Below, in pieces: positions 12,573-23,600 of a stretch of DNA of 54,609 nucleotides. The notes below the pieces were generated by a model, which ran no database searches, had not been told where the DNA came from, and worked only from the letters and a program-made list of their open reading frames with translations. How positions within the stretch are numbered: the stretch's first letter is position 1; every line of letters begins with the position of its first letter. A program made the position numbers and the translations under genes. This DNA is from Stramenopiles sp. TOSAG23-2 (lineage: Eukaryota): assembly GCA_900128395.1 (NCBI GenBank), contig LT649260.1:1-54609 (forward strand), read 5' to 3'.

Positions 12573-13568
12573 ATGAACAAAGTCAAAGAAGAAAAAAAAG
12601 AAGGAGATATAGATATTATAATAACAACAACACAAATGGCGGAATTAATTGAATTAGCAAAATTAGAAACAAAGGCAGAAAGGGCCAAAAGCAATGGTGG
12701 GTGGAAAGATGCATTGGATGTCTTAAATCATATACGTTTTCATCATATACGTAAACCACGTACAGTTATTAATTATGGTATATATTTACTTAGTGAACAT
12801 CAAAGTAAACTAGGTCCAGCACGATGGGATGTATATGAACAAACATGTGTAGCTGCATTGGATTTCGGGGAAACAAGCATTGCGGATCAATATGTAAAAT
12901 TATTGGAAGTACGCTGGCCCGATAGCGCACGTGTTGCGCGATTAAAAGGTATGGTTCACGAGGCAAAAGGGGAATACGATGAAGCTAATAAAATTTATAA
13001 TAATATGCTTGATAAAAGCGAAGCGAATACACTTGCATTAAAACGACAAGTTAGTATTTTACGTGCAAAGGGTGATTATAGGGCTGCTGTTATGATGTTG
13101 ACGGATTATATGAAAAATTTTTCAGCTGATGTTGGTGGTTGGCAAGAATTAGGAAATTTACAACATTCATTAGGTCAAATGAACGAAGCAGCATATTGTT
13201 ATGAGGAATTAATACTTGGTGACCCTCATAACTATCTTTTACATACAAGATATGCGGAGTTGCTTTATTCTATTGGTGGTATTGATAAAATACGTGCTGC
13301 AAGACGACATTTCGTACAAGCTGTACATTTTAAAAATAAAATGAATGCCAGGGCAACACTTGGTGCTTGTATGAGTGCAAATGCATTAATCACGGCAAAA
13401 GGTAGAAATACGGAAGATGATGGACCTTTAAATAAGGAAGTGCATAGCAGAGCATCTAGTGATTTATTAGATGTATATGAAAATGGAAATGCACCTAATG
13501 ATATAAAAAATGCAATGAAAAATATTTTAAAGCGTCAAAGTGATAAATTAAAATCAAGTGTAAAGTAA
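12573..13568 (+). CDS. EMC2: ER membrane protein complex subunit 2 (TPR protein)
   Basis: 'WDVYEQTCVAALD', 'WPDSARVARLKGM..EA.G.YDEA...Y', 'A.YCYEELIL..P.N...H.RYAELLY' match EMC2/TTC35. The true start may be the ATG at 12636. Confidence 0.9.
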   Translation: MNKVKEEKKEGDIDIIITTTQMAELIELAKLETKAERAKSNGGWKDALDVLNHIRFHHIRKPRTVINYGIYLLSEHQSKLGPARWDVYEQTCVAALDFGETSIADQYVKLLEVRWPDSARVARLKGMVHEAKGEYDEANKIYNNMLDKSEANTLALKRQVSILRAKGDYRAAVMMLTDYMKNFSADVGGWQELGNLQHSLGQMNEAAYCYEELILGDPHNYLLHTRYAELLYSIGGIDKIRAARRHFVQAVHFKNKMNARATLGACMSANALITAKGRNTEDDGPLNKEVHSRASSDLLDVYENGNAPNDIKNAMKNILKRQSDKLKSSVK

Positions 13569-14051
13569 AGAAAAAAGAAGAGAGAGAAGAAACACAAGGA
13601 GAAAAAAATATCGTGTGTAGTATTGTGTGTGTGTATAAAAATAAAATTTAAAATACGCGCGCGATCATTTGTGTGTGGTGTGTTACTCTAATATTTTAGT
13701 TAAAAGTTTACGCATAATTTATTTTTTTTTTTAATTTACACACTCATAATAATTCCTACTCTTCAAATTATTATAATTATATCATATATATTCGTAAAGT
13801 TAAAATGCATTAATTACTAATGATATATGATACTATGATATTATCTATTCGTAATACGGTTCGTCAAAAAAATAATCGGTGTGTGTGGATTAAAACACCG
13901 TCCCCCCACCCCCCCACCCCTCTCTCTGAATATAATCTATACAATGCATCATATGTTCTAGTTTTTTTAACATATCATACATAGAATATTTTTTGTTCTT
14001 TTTTTTTTTTATTTTTAATATTAATGGCACCGTTATATCATATTAATGCTT

Positions 14052-16508
14052 TTATACGACTTTGTATACCCGCAGTAAGTCTTGTATGACAAATACGACA
14101 TAAAGGGCAAACATCGCCATACCTAAACTTTTTGTCATTCTAAATTTACTATAAATAATAACGCCAATAACAGACGCTAACATCAGCAGCAAGATTAATA
14201 AAGACAAAAACAATGTCCCATCGTTTGCTAAAGCAACAGGTTCCCCAAATACTGCTAATGCTAATAACCATGGAAATGGCAACCCTACTGTAACATCAAA
14301 GATGTTACTCCCAATTGAACTAGATACCGCCATATCGCCATGTCCTTGACGTGCTACAATAACACTAGAAATTAAATCAGGCACACTAGTACCAGCAGCT
14401 AATATGGTTAATCCCATAACAGGTTGTGGAATTCCGAGCAAGTCACCAGTAATTGTTGCTGACCATACCATAAAATATGAATATGCCCCAATCCAAGCAA
14501 TCGATCCAAAGAATGAAACCATATAAGTTTTTTCCCAACCACCACCCCAACGTACATCAGGCACCGTGAAATATAACAATCCATTCAATGGTAGCAAAAG
14601 AGCCCAAACAATTCTGTTGCACGTACCTTCTGGCATAGCTAGGCTAACACCTTCTTCTGGATCCTCGTGGTCTTCTAGTTCATCATGCTTTTGCATTTCA
14701 TCATCATGTGCAGATTTTTGTTCCTCGCTTAGTAAATGAGTATGAAGTACATTGTGTTTGTACCATTCATTGAAATCCTCTTTTGTAATTTTACCTTCAT
14801 GGCCACCGAATAATTCTAAACCATGTGCAATTTCATCATCAGTTAAATCTCTTTCTTTTACATGTAACTTTTTCATAACGTCTCGAAATTCTGCTTCAGC
14901 TAAGTAGCCAAGTTTCTTTGTATCTATCTCTGCAAATATTCGATCTCTCTCTGCATCAACACGAAGTTCGCTATCTTTATACCATTTCTCAAATTCTGCA
15001 AATGTAACTTCTTCTGCTCCACCCGTATCGGTATTTGTTACCATTGATTTTAATATACGTGCTACTTCATCGTCACTTGGTTTTGCATTAAGCAACTTTT
15101 CCAACACATTTCCTAACGCACTCGCATCAATATTTCCGTTTTTATTTGTATCAAATTGGTCAAACGTTTCTTTGCAATCCCCTAGAAATCCAGATACAGA
15201 TTGCACACGCATTTTATCGATTGTATCTTTCTCGCCCATTAAAATGTCTAAAATACCAGCACGAAAACGTACCGAGGTACGTGTCCTTGCATCTTTTTTA
15301 CGACGATTACGAAATGATAATCCAGCATTACCGCCATGTACACTTTCTAAATCTTTATTGTCGTGTCTATCTTTGCTTGAGTGCCCTTTGTCATCGTGGT
15401 GGGTTATTTTGTCTGTCATATCATGCATACTCGCCTGTACTTTTGACATTCTATATGCTGCTTTTTTCTTACAACTTGCAAATTTTACTTTTAACTTTTC
15501 ATTTTGGGACATTAAAAGTACATATCCAGCGTACAATAAAAATTGTACTATAGCTTCTATTGCCGTGATGCATTTTGCAGGGGTCTTGCCACTTTTCATT
15601 TCGCAAGACTCCCCAAATATATTAAATTCATAAAACATTGCTAACAGAAGTAATGTAATTGAATAGTAAATACTATCACGAGTTATTGGCCATCCTGTTA
15701 AGACTAAAATTTCTTTAGCAAAAAAAGCGCACATCCCAATAACAAACAATACGTTAAAAACGGCACTACCAACAATTGTACTAAATCCAACATCACTTCG
15801 CGCAATGAAAACTCCGATGATTGAAGTAAATAACTCTGGTGCAGAACCACCTGCTGCCATCAAAGTAGCCCCGGCGACGTCATCTGACACATCTAGTTTC
15901 TCTGCCAAAACTTCCAAGGATGGTACAAAGTATTCATCACAAATTACAGCCAAACCAGTAAACATGTAAAATAGTAATATGATATATAAAATGACGCCAG
16001 GACCAAAGCCATTAACGCCACCCATACTAGGGTATGAGCTCATATCTGAGCATTTCTTTTTCAGTTCCAGGCATGCTGTTGTTAAAGAATCCCCGACGCA
16101 AGCTTCATCTAGCACAATTGGATTTTTGTACCAATTTGATATACATTCGAAATATGGGCCTCCACTCATAACCTCATCGTAACAAACATCCGTCGTTCCA
16201 CCTTTCGTACACTTGTCTGTAGCAATGTAACCTGTTGTAGTACTACTACAACATGCATGCCAATCTTTTACGTCAGCTTCAGTTGTTGGGCTTTTGCAAC
16301 AAAATGTATTGTCGCTTGATGAATTGGCAGCATTTAATGCACGAGTTTGCAAATGGCGAATTGACATATCATTTGTACCTTTTGGGTGTATTGTTGATAA
16401 ACTTGGTGCGAAATATAAAAACAAACAGCCTAATAACGCCATTCGAAAATATACACGTACTTTCATCTTCGTAGATAGTGCTACCTTTGACATTTTCTTA
16501 AATTTCAT
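14052..16508 (-). CDS. K+-dependent Na+/Ca2+ exchanger (NCKX, CaCA family) with EF-hands in the cytosolic loop
   Basis: Alpha-1 repeat 'GATLMAAGGSAPE' and alpha-2 repeat 'GLTILAAGTSVPD...GDMAVSSSIGSNIFD'. EF-hand-like loops 'DTNKNGNIDASA' and 'DTKKLGYLAEAE'. First ATG is at 16508. Confidence 0.92.
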   Translation of the reverse strand: MKFKKMSKVALSTKMKVRVYFRMALLGCLFLYFAPSLSTIHPKGTNDMSIRHLQTRALNAANSSSDNTFCCKSPTTEADVKDWHACCSSTTTGYIATDKCTKGGTTDVCYDEVMSGGPYFECISNWYKNPIVLDEACVGDSLTTACLELKKKCSDMSSYPSMGGVNGFGPGVILYIILLFYMFTGLAVICDEYFVPSLEVLAEKLDVSDDVAGATLMAAGGSAPELFTSIIGVFIARSDVGFSTIVGSAVFNVLFVIGMCAFFAKEILVLTGWPITRDSIYYSITLLLLAMFYEFNIFGESCEMKSGKTPAKCITAIEAIVQFLLYAGYVLLMSQNEKLKVKFASCKKKAAYRMSKVQASMHDMTDKITHHDDKGHSSKDRHDNKDLESVHGGNAGLSFRNRRKKDARTRTSVRFRAGILDILMGEKDTIDKMRVQSVSGFLGDCKETFDQFDTNKNGNIDASALGNVLEKLLNAKPSDDEVARILKSMVTNTDTGGAEEVTFAEFEKWYKDSELRVDAERDRIFAEIDTKKLGYLAEAEFRDVMKKLHVKERDLTDDEIAHGLELFGGHEGKITKEDFNEWYKHNVLHTHLLSEEQKSAHDDEMQKHDELEDHEDPEEGVSLAMPEGTCNRIVWALLLPLNGLLYFTVPDVRWGGGWEKTYMVSFFGSIAWIGAYSYFMVWSATITGDLLGIPQPVMGLTILAAGTSVPDLISSVIVARQGHGDMAVSSSIGSNIFDVTVGLPFPWLLALAVFGEPVALANDGTLFLSLLILLLMLASVIGVIIYSKFRMTKSLGMAMFALYVVFVIQDLLRVYKVV

Positions 16509-17620
16509 CCTGGTCACTGTGTATGTTTAGTGTATATCTACTTATATAGTTCTTGCTTTATATATATGTAATACTAAAAATAATACTGTTAATTATATAC
16601 CAATACTGATAGTAATAATGTATATGTTTGTGGTGATGTGTATTAATAGATATATTAAATATTAATAATAATAATAATGACGTGTGATGTGTGGTGGACT
16701 ATAAAAGCCACAAGAATTCCAGAATTAGAATGGGGTATAACAGAGATATTTTTATGCCTGATTTTTTGCTCGTTGGATATAGAAATGGGGTATTAAAACA
16801 TGTCAATAAAATATAAAATATAAAAGTAAGAATACTATTTTAGAGACCTGTAATGTTATTTCTCAATAGAAAAAAATATTGCCAATCTTTGCGGGCCTCT
16901 GGAATTTTAATACAGTAGCTAATACGGTTTTAAGTGTAGTAGGTGATGCAGTTGTTGTTCTTTTGGATGGAAAAAAGTCTGTTGTACTTTGTAATTTAAG
17001 GTTTTTCTAGGAGATTTTCGCTTTCCGCTTACGAAAGAGTCTGACGACGCAGACTACTTTCCGCTTTTTCACTGCTTTTTTCCATCAATACAAAGGTGGA
17101 AAGGCATCATTATTCCAAATTGTTCCAAGAACTTTTTCTCCTCATATACATACGACCATAAGCATTAGAGTTTTTATTTCCCATTTTAGCTTCTCTGTAA
17201 CAAATAATAAAGGCATGCATGCACATCATTTATGTAGTGAATTAAGAAATCCCGATAGAAACGTTGAGAAATTTCTATTCTAAAATAAAATCGTTGGAAA
17301 CATTGAAGCTAATTGTTGAGACTGTGTTTGCTATTAGTATGAAACATACGGAAAAGCAATCAAATGCGTTAATTAACTATTTTGTGAAGCATGCTGTTTA
17401 CGAAAGAATATGGAACACGTATAAGCATACCGATAAAGAGCTTAAGGACAAAGAAGCATCCCAAACAGTAGGCAACTATGTTCGACATGTTATGAAACCG
17501 ATGGATATTCGCCTGAAGAAAATGGAAGCAAGACTGGAAAGGGTGGAAAAACTCCTTTTGAAATTAGTGGAAAAGTGAAGTCTCCTATATTAATGTATAA
17601 TCGATTACGATAATTGATTG

Positions 17621-17897
17621 GGTTCATTTGATAGATCAGCTGTGAGTCTTAGTAACCTTAAAAATCATTTTAAATTACAGTGTGCGTTAAGAGAACTATA
17701 ATAAATAATATATAAAAATCGACATGTGTTAGTAACCTTTTGGTTCATTCGATAGATCAGCCGTGAATCTTAGTAAACTTAAAATCATTTTAAATTATTC
17801 CATATATAATTATTTCTATATATAATGTGTAGTCCCTTTTAGGTTCGTTGGATAGTACAGCTGGATACTTAGTAACCTTAAAATCATTTTAAATTAT
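17621..17897. repeat. Three diverged copies of a ~56-bp unit
   Basis: GGTTC.TT.GATAG..CAGC.G....CTTAGTAA.CTTAAAATCATTTTAAATTA at about 17621-17677, 17742-17797 and 17842-17896. Confidence 0.85.
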
Positions 17898-18053
17898 TGA
17901 TTAGAAATTAATATATAATCGATTTAAACTTTCTTTTCATTTTTTTTTCTGCTGCTACTGCTGGTAAAATCCCTATACAAACCACTGTTTGTATCTTAAT
18001 GATACCAACAGAAAGAACAATTCATCATTTCCAGAGGCTCGGCTGGTCAAGAC

Positions 18054-19451
18054 CTACTCAAATTTTCCTCTCCAAGCCCATAAACCAGTAGCTGGTTGAG
18101 GAATAAAATAGATAATTTCTTCTTGGCATTCGCCCAAGTCGGAAGACACCCCACTCTCCAAAGTGTTCCACCCTGGTTGCAGCGTTTGCGGGTTATACTT
18201 AGCAAGGTATGCTGAGATATCCCCATACTCGTACCCCACACTTTCAACCTCTTCTTTTGTCAAACTGCCAGGGCAGTAGATAATGCGAAATCGGCCCTCG
18301 GATGTTCCATGTATTAAATGAGCGGCGGCGCTCAAATTCTTCATCAGATCTCGGTTGTTTTTCACGTGTTCCATAACTTCTGGTGTTGTCCGGTATCCAT
18401 ATTTTCTAATTAACTCATCTATTTTGGGATCTTCTCCAAATGTGTTCACGCCGGGTGCAAGCACTATTAGCTCGCCTTTGTCTGCGATTGCCATTCTCGT
18501 TCGATATATGCTTTTATTTCCCAGCCATGTAGAATGAAACTCGTTTGGATCTAAGTAGACCACAACTTTATGAATTGGCTTTTCAAGCATAAAAAAGTTG
18601 CACTGAAGGCTTAGTTTGCTCGCTCGATAGAAGCATTCAGTTCCAGAACCAATATACAATCCACGTGTAACGTACGACTGTGATAATGCATCATTTCCTC
18701 GGACTGTCAAAATGTAAACAATGGGTTTTTCGCTTAGAAATTTATCGCTAGCATAATCGAAAATTTTTCGTAGAGGATTTGCAGCTTGCCCCATCATCTT
18801 TTCCATACCATAACACGCACCTATGAAGTGGCTAAAGTTTATTGCATCGCTGCCACCTATGCCAACGAAAATGTTCTTGCTGTGATTTGCCATTCCAAGT
18901 ACTTCATGGGGAACAACTTGTCCAATAGATAGAATTAAATCATGATCGCCCTCCCAGAGGAGTTTATTCACCTGTGCTGGCCAAGGCTCGTTCACTGCGC
19001 CATCGCTCGCGGCGGCAACTAGTTCCTTTGGCACGTGGCCTACCGTTATAACGTCGTTACGCCAATCATGAACTCGGAAAATTGAATCTGGAATATCATC
19101 GCCAAACATTTTTTTACGTTGCTCTGCTGTCATGGGCTTGTGTGTGCCAAGGGCGGGCATTATATCAGTTATTTTTTCGCCGTAGTATTGATAGGCAAAG
19201 GACGTGACAACTCCGGCATTCGAGTGAAATCGGGTGTAGTCTGGTGGGACGATTAGTACTTTCTTCCTTTCTCCAAGTTTATCAAATGTTTCCCTAAGCG
19301 CATCTTGCAGCTGTGAGTCTGTCAAAATTTTGTCTGGTGCACCATTTTCATAGTGCAGCATTTGAAGATTGCGTCTATTCGATGTATCAAATTCGGTTTC
19401 GACTGAATTGGATTCTCTTGGTAAGTGTAGAGCAAACGGAGGAGTTTTCAT
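18054..19451 (-). CDS. LarA-superfamily (DUF2088) nickel-pincer-dependent racemase/epimerase, sugar-acid epimerase-like
   Basis: 'VPPDYTRFHS', 'PALGTH.PM', 'HDWRND', 'GQVVPHEV.GM' and 'STWLGNKSIYRTRMAIAD.GEL' resemble bacterial LarA homologues. Intronless; ATG at 19451 or 19361. Confidence 0.85.
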   Translation of the reverse strand: MKTPPFALHLPRESNSVETEFDTSNRRNLQMLHYENGAPDKILTDSQLQDALRETFDKLGERKKVLIVPPDYTRFHSNAGVVTSFAYQYYGEKITDIMPALGTHKPMTAEQRKKMFGDDIPDSIFRVHDWRNDVITVGHVPKELVAAASDGAVNEPWPAQVNKLLWEGDHDLILSIGQVVPHEVLGMANHSKNIFVGIGGSDAINFSHFIGACYGMEKMMGQAANPLRKIFDYASDKFLSEKPIVYILTVRGNDALSQSYVTRGLYIGSGTECFYRASKLSLQCNFFMLEKPIHKVVVYLDPNEFHSTWLGNKSIYRTRMAIADKGELIVLAPGVNTFGEDPKIDELIRKYGYRTTPEVMEHVKNNRDLMKNLSAAAHLIHGTSEGRFRIIYCPGSLTKEEVESVGYEYGDISAYLAKYNPQTLQPGWNTLESGVSSDLGECQEEIIYFIPQPATGLWAWRGKFE

Positions 19452-19938
19452 ATTCAAAAGACGCAAAAGAACAACAAACAACAACAATAAACAATAGAGA
19501 GTAATAAAAATAAAATAATAAAACAAACAAATATAATATAATAATTGGAATTAGAATATTAATAAAATATACGACGACGGGCCCTTCCAGGCTTGCCCAG
19601 CTTGCCAGCTCTTGGTGGTAATTGCAACAACAACAACAATTGAAGTAATAATTAAAATTATTATATTATTAGGTACATGGATACAGTAGAAAGTATGAAA
19701 ATACGTATTGATATATTAATATTAATATTAATATTGATATCCCTTAAAAACAAAAAATAGCGATCACGTGCAACATCCCACCCAGACTTTAAATTTTAAA
19801 TATCAGTATCGACTATCATAGTATACTATTTTTAAAAAAATCCTATTATAGCACTAGTACTATAGTGGCCCCGATGAATGTCCCCATGAGGCCCCAATGT
19901 TCCCAATGGCCCCGGTTTAAGGTGAATTGCGAACTTTG

Positions 19939-19955
19939 AAAAACAAAAAAAGAAA
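19939..19955 (-). terminator. Pol III-type oligo-T terminator of the tRNA
   Basis: TTTCTTTTTTTGTTTTT on the minus strand, starting a few nt after the discriminator base. Confidence 0.6.
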
Positions 19956-19959
19956 TTTT

Positions 19960-20100
19960 AGCCAGCTGCCGGAATCGCTAATATTGTGATTTTCCTATGT
20001 TAGCAGTGTTATTTATGTCACTTTTAAAGTTATTCGAAAACTTACAACCGACGACCTTGGGCTTACGAAACCCACGCTCTACCATCTGAGCTAAACCGGC
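19960..20100 (-). tRNA. tRNA-Thr(CGT) interrupted at position 55/56 by a 68-nt insert (exon 1 20100-20046, exon 2 19977-19960)
   Basis: The joined sequence GCCGGTT TA GCTC AGATGGTA GAGC G TGGGT TTCGTAA GCCCA AGGTC GTCGG TT|CGATT CCGGC AGCTGGC T folds into a full cloverleaf with anticodon CGT and discriminator U73. An oligo-T run follows. Confidence 0.93.
19978..20045 (-). other. GT-AG intron with spliceosomal-type signals inside the tRNA T-loop
   Basis: Minus strand reads GTAAGTtttcgaataactttaaaagtgacataaataacacTGCTAACataggaaaatcacaatatTAG. The putative branch A at 20000 is 22 nt from the 3' end. Confidence 0.8.
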
Positions 20101-20515
20101 ATGTCTTCAAATGATGAACACATGTTTTTTTATCTTATGTTTTTCACATAAGGGTTTAATGGCTATTATCGATATTTGGAAATTATTGATATATATACTA
20201 ATATCTTATTTAGCAAGGGAATAGCATTGGGATACCAAAATAGCATTAGCAATAATCGAAAGGATCTATATTTTCCATCAGCATAGAAATAGCTCCTGAA
20301 TCCTTGAAATCCCAGAAATCATCCACTCTTACTCTAATCAAAAAATACACCCGTCATCCGTCATTTTGTGCCATTCCAGCTTTTTGCCACGCCACCATGA
20401 TCGTGATGCACACATATAAAACGAATTCTTGTCCAATCATCATCAATAATAATAATATATATAATAATAAACCAATTATATTTTTGTCCTCCAATCATTT
20501 CAGAAAGTTGTAATA

Positions 20516-20657
20516 ACACGGTAGACAGGATTTTTTAACGTTTCACCAAAATCCCTGGCCCACAAACACGGTACGTACAGGATTTTTATCGTTTCACTAA
20601 AACCGCTGGAAGGTACAAAATATACTTCGTTCCCACAAACACGGTATACAGGATTTT
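20516..20657. repeat. Degenerate direct repeats immediately upstream of the AK-HSDH start
   Basis: ACACGGTA(1-3 nt)ACAGGATTTT occurs three times (~20516, ~20566, ~20639). CGTTTCAC.AAAA...CTGG occurs twice (20539, 20590). Confidence 0.75.
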
Positions 20658-20660
20658 CCC

Positions 20661-23600
20661 ATGTTATCTCCATCTGCAGCAGTGCCAAGTGTCAAAAGAA
20701 ATGCATCATTTAACCATATACCAAAAAAAAGAAAAATTCAACCAGTAGATGAAGACGACGACAATAAAAATATCAATAATACAAACAATAACAAAAATAC
20801 TGCAATTGAAGCAAATCATCAATTAGCCTTATCTGGTATATGCCCACCATTAGCATCAACAACCATACCACCTCTAACACCTTCCTCTAACGAACCAAAT
20901 GGTAATAATAATAATAATAAACCACCACCAAAAAATGTATATTCTGTATTTAAATTTGGTGGTTCCTCCGTTGGTACACCATCACGTTTACGTTCTGTTA
21001 TATCAACAATTGAACGTTTAGCTTCTAACAATAAAACAAATTCTGAAAAGCTAGCCGTTGTAGTATCTGCTCAGGGTAATACTACAGATTGGTTATTAGA
21101 TGCTGCTGACTATGCAACAGCTGGTAACTTAGAAGCAGCATTAGCATGTGTTGATCGTGTTGCGGAATTAGCTATTACTAATGCAGTAGCAGTTAGCGGT
21201 CGTGGTGAAGTTGCATCAGTACGTAAATTTTTAGATCCATTACGTAAAATTATACGCGGTATGTCTTTATTGAAAGAAGGTACATCCGTATCATTAGATT
21301 TTGCATTATCATTTGGTGAACGTCTTTCTGCATTTATTATGACTCAAATTTTAAATGCAAGAAATATAAATGCAATTTATCTCGATGCAAGAAGTTGGGT
21401 TGAAACAGATGATAGTTTTGGACAAGCAAAAGTTAATTTTGCAAAATCTTGTCAACATATAAATCATTTATGGCATGCATGGGGAGACGCTGTAGTTGTA
21501 TGCACTGGTTTTGTAGGGCAAACATGTGATGGACGGACAACTACATTAGGTAGAAATGGATCAGATTACACCGCAACATTATTAGCTGGTGCATTACGTG
21601 CTAATAAAGTAGTGATTAATACAGATGTTGATGGTGTTATGACTGCTGATCCACGTATAGTACAAGATGCTGTACCAGTTGCAGAATTATCGTATAGGGA
21701 AGCATTAGGATTAGCTGATTATGGAACTGGTATGTTCCATCCAAGAACATTTATACCATTAATTGAAACAAATGTACCAATGTATATACGAAATAGTGTT
21801 GGAAGACCAGATGCGATAGGTACAAGAATATCTAGTAATGGTTTAAAAGAGCCAACAAGTGATGACAATGAAGATGACAATAATAATAATAATAGTAGTA
21901 GTAATAATAATAATAACAGTAATGTAAAAAATAAGCGACCAACATGTGTCACATCATTAGAAAAATTAGCAATGATTGAAATTGTTTCAAGACGCGAGCA
22001 AGGTGCATTGAATCTATTTCAATTTGGTGGTAAAATTTCTAAAATTTTAGCTGAAGCAGGTGTAAATGTGTTTATGGAATCACAAGCTGCACATGGCCAA
22101 AGTGTTGTTGTATTGGTGCATATGAATGAATTAGAACGAAGTAAGAAATTAATAGGAAAAGATTTAGATGCATGGTTTAAAAGTAAAGATTTAGATCCAA
22201 TACATATTATTAAAAATGTCACCATGTTAAGCGTTGTACAAGGGAATATACGGGAAATGACAAATGTAGCAGCACGATTTACTGGTACGTTAGGTGCATT
22301 AGGTGTAAATATATTAGCAGTTGCGGAAGGATCACATTCATTTACATGTACAATACCTGGTGCTATGACTCAACGAGCAGTACTTGGTGTGCATTCATCC
22401 TTTAATTTATCATGTCAACGTTGTTCATTAGTTATAGTTGCTGGAACAAAAGGTTTACACGGTTCTGGAACAACATCATCATCATTAATAAAAGTGTTAG
22501 AAGAACAAGCGAATATGTTGGAACGTGATCAAGAAGTACAATTAAAAGTTGTTGGTACTGTTAGTGAATATGGATGCTTGTTTGAAAAAGAAGGATTAGG
22601 TTTAAAAGATGCTTTGGATTCATTATTGAGAACTGATCGCCATAGTAATAACAATAATAATAATAACGGCGATACAATTGAAGGAAAATTATTTCATGCT
22701 ATTGAATTCTTAAAGGATTTACCAAATCCTATATTTGTTGATTGTTCAGGTCGCAATGGTGAACAACAAAATGCAATATATAAACGATGTTTGGATCTCG
22801 GCATTAGCATCGTTTTAAGCAGTTCAATGTCTATTTGTGGATTAAGTGAAAATGTATTGCCAATGACAGCATCTGCGCGTTTATTTGGTGGTCATAGCAC
22901 AATCTCTCGAAATTACTGTGGTTCTATGTCACCTAAGCCTTCTTCATCGCCGGTATTTTCTTCTTCATCATCATCATCAGATGATGATAATAATAATTAT
23001 TATGATAATGCAAATGGTGAAAGCAATCATGTTGTACCATTCGGTACATCTGCAAAAGGCGCTTATTTATTTTTTGATTCTACCGTTGGAGGATCTTTGC
23101 CAATATTATCAACATTACGATCGTTGTTAAAAACAGGCGATCGCGTAGTATCATTGGAATGTGCATTATCTGGATCCATGAATGCAATTACATGCGACAT
23201 ATCGCAAGGCACAAGTTTGTCAAATGCTATTGAAAAAGCATGTATGAATAAATATATGGAGGAAGATCCACGTGTTGATTTGTTAGGTCTTGATTTTGTT
23301 AGAAAACTAGTTGTTATTGCAAGACAAATTGGCGTTGCGATGACTGTAGATGATGTGGAAGTTACGCCGTTGATACCCGAAGATGTCCTTGGAACACCAG
23401 ATTTAAGTAATTTATTAATGACAAATGATGAAGATAAAGAAATGAAAAAAAATATTATAAAATATGAAACAACATTTCAGAAATTGTATGGTCATCAAAA
23501 AGATAAAGTCATACGGTTTGCTGGTTGTATAAATATTGAATATAGTAATGATTCAAATCATAATAAAACTATAACAAGAGCAAAGGCGACAATTGGACCA

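Noticed and set aside
17621-17897. Spaced repeats resembling a CRISPR array
   Set aside because: Only three diverged ~56-bp units with partly similar AT-rich spacers, no cas genes, and a eukaryotic context.
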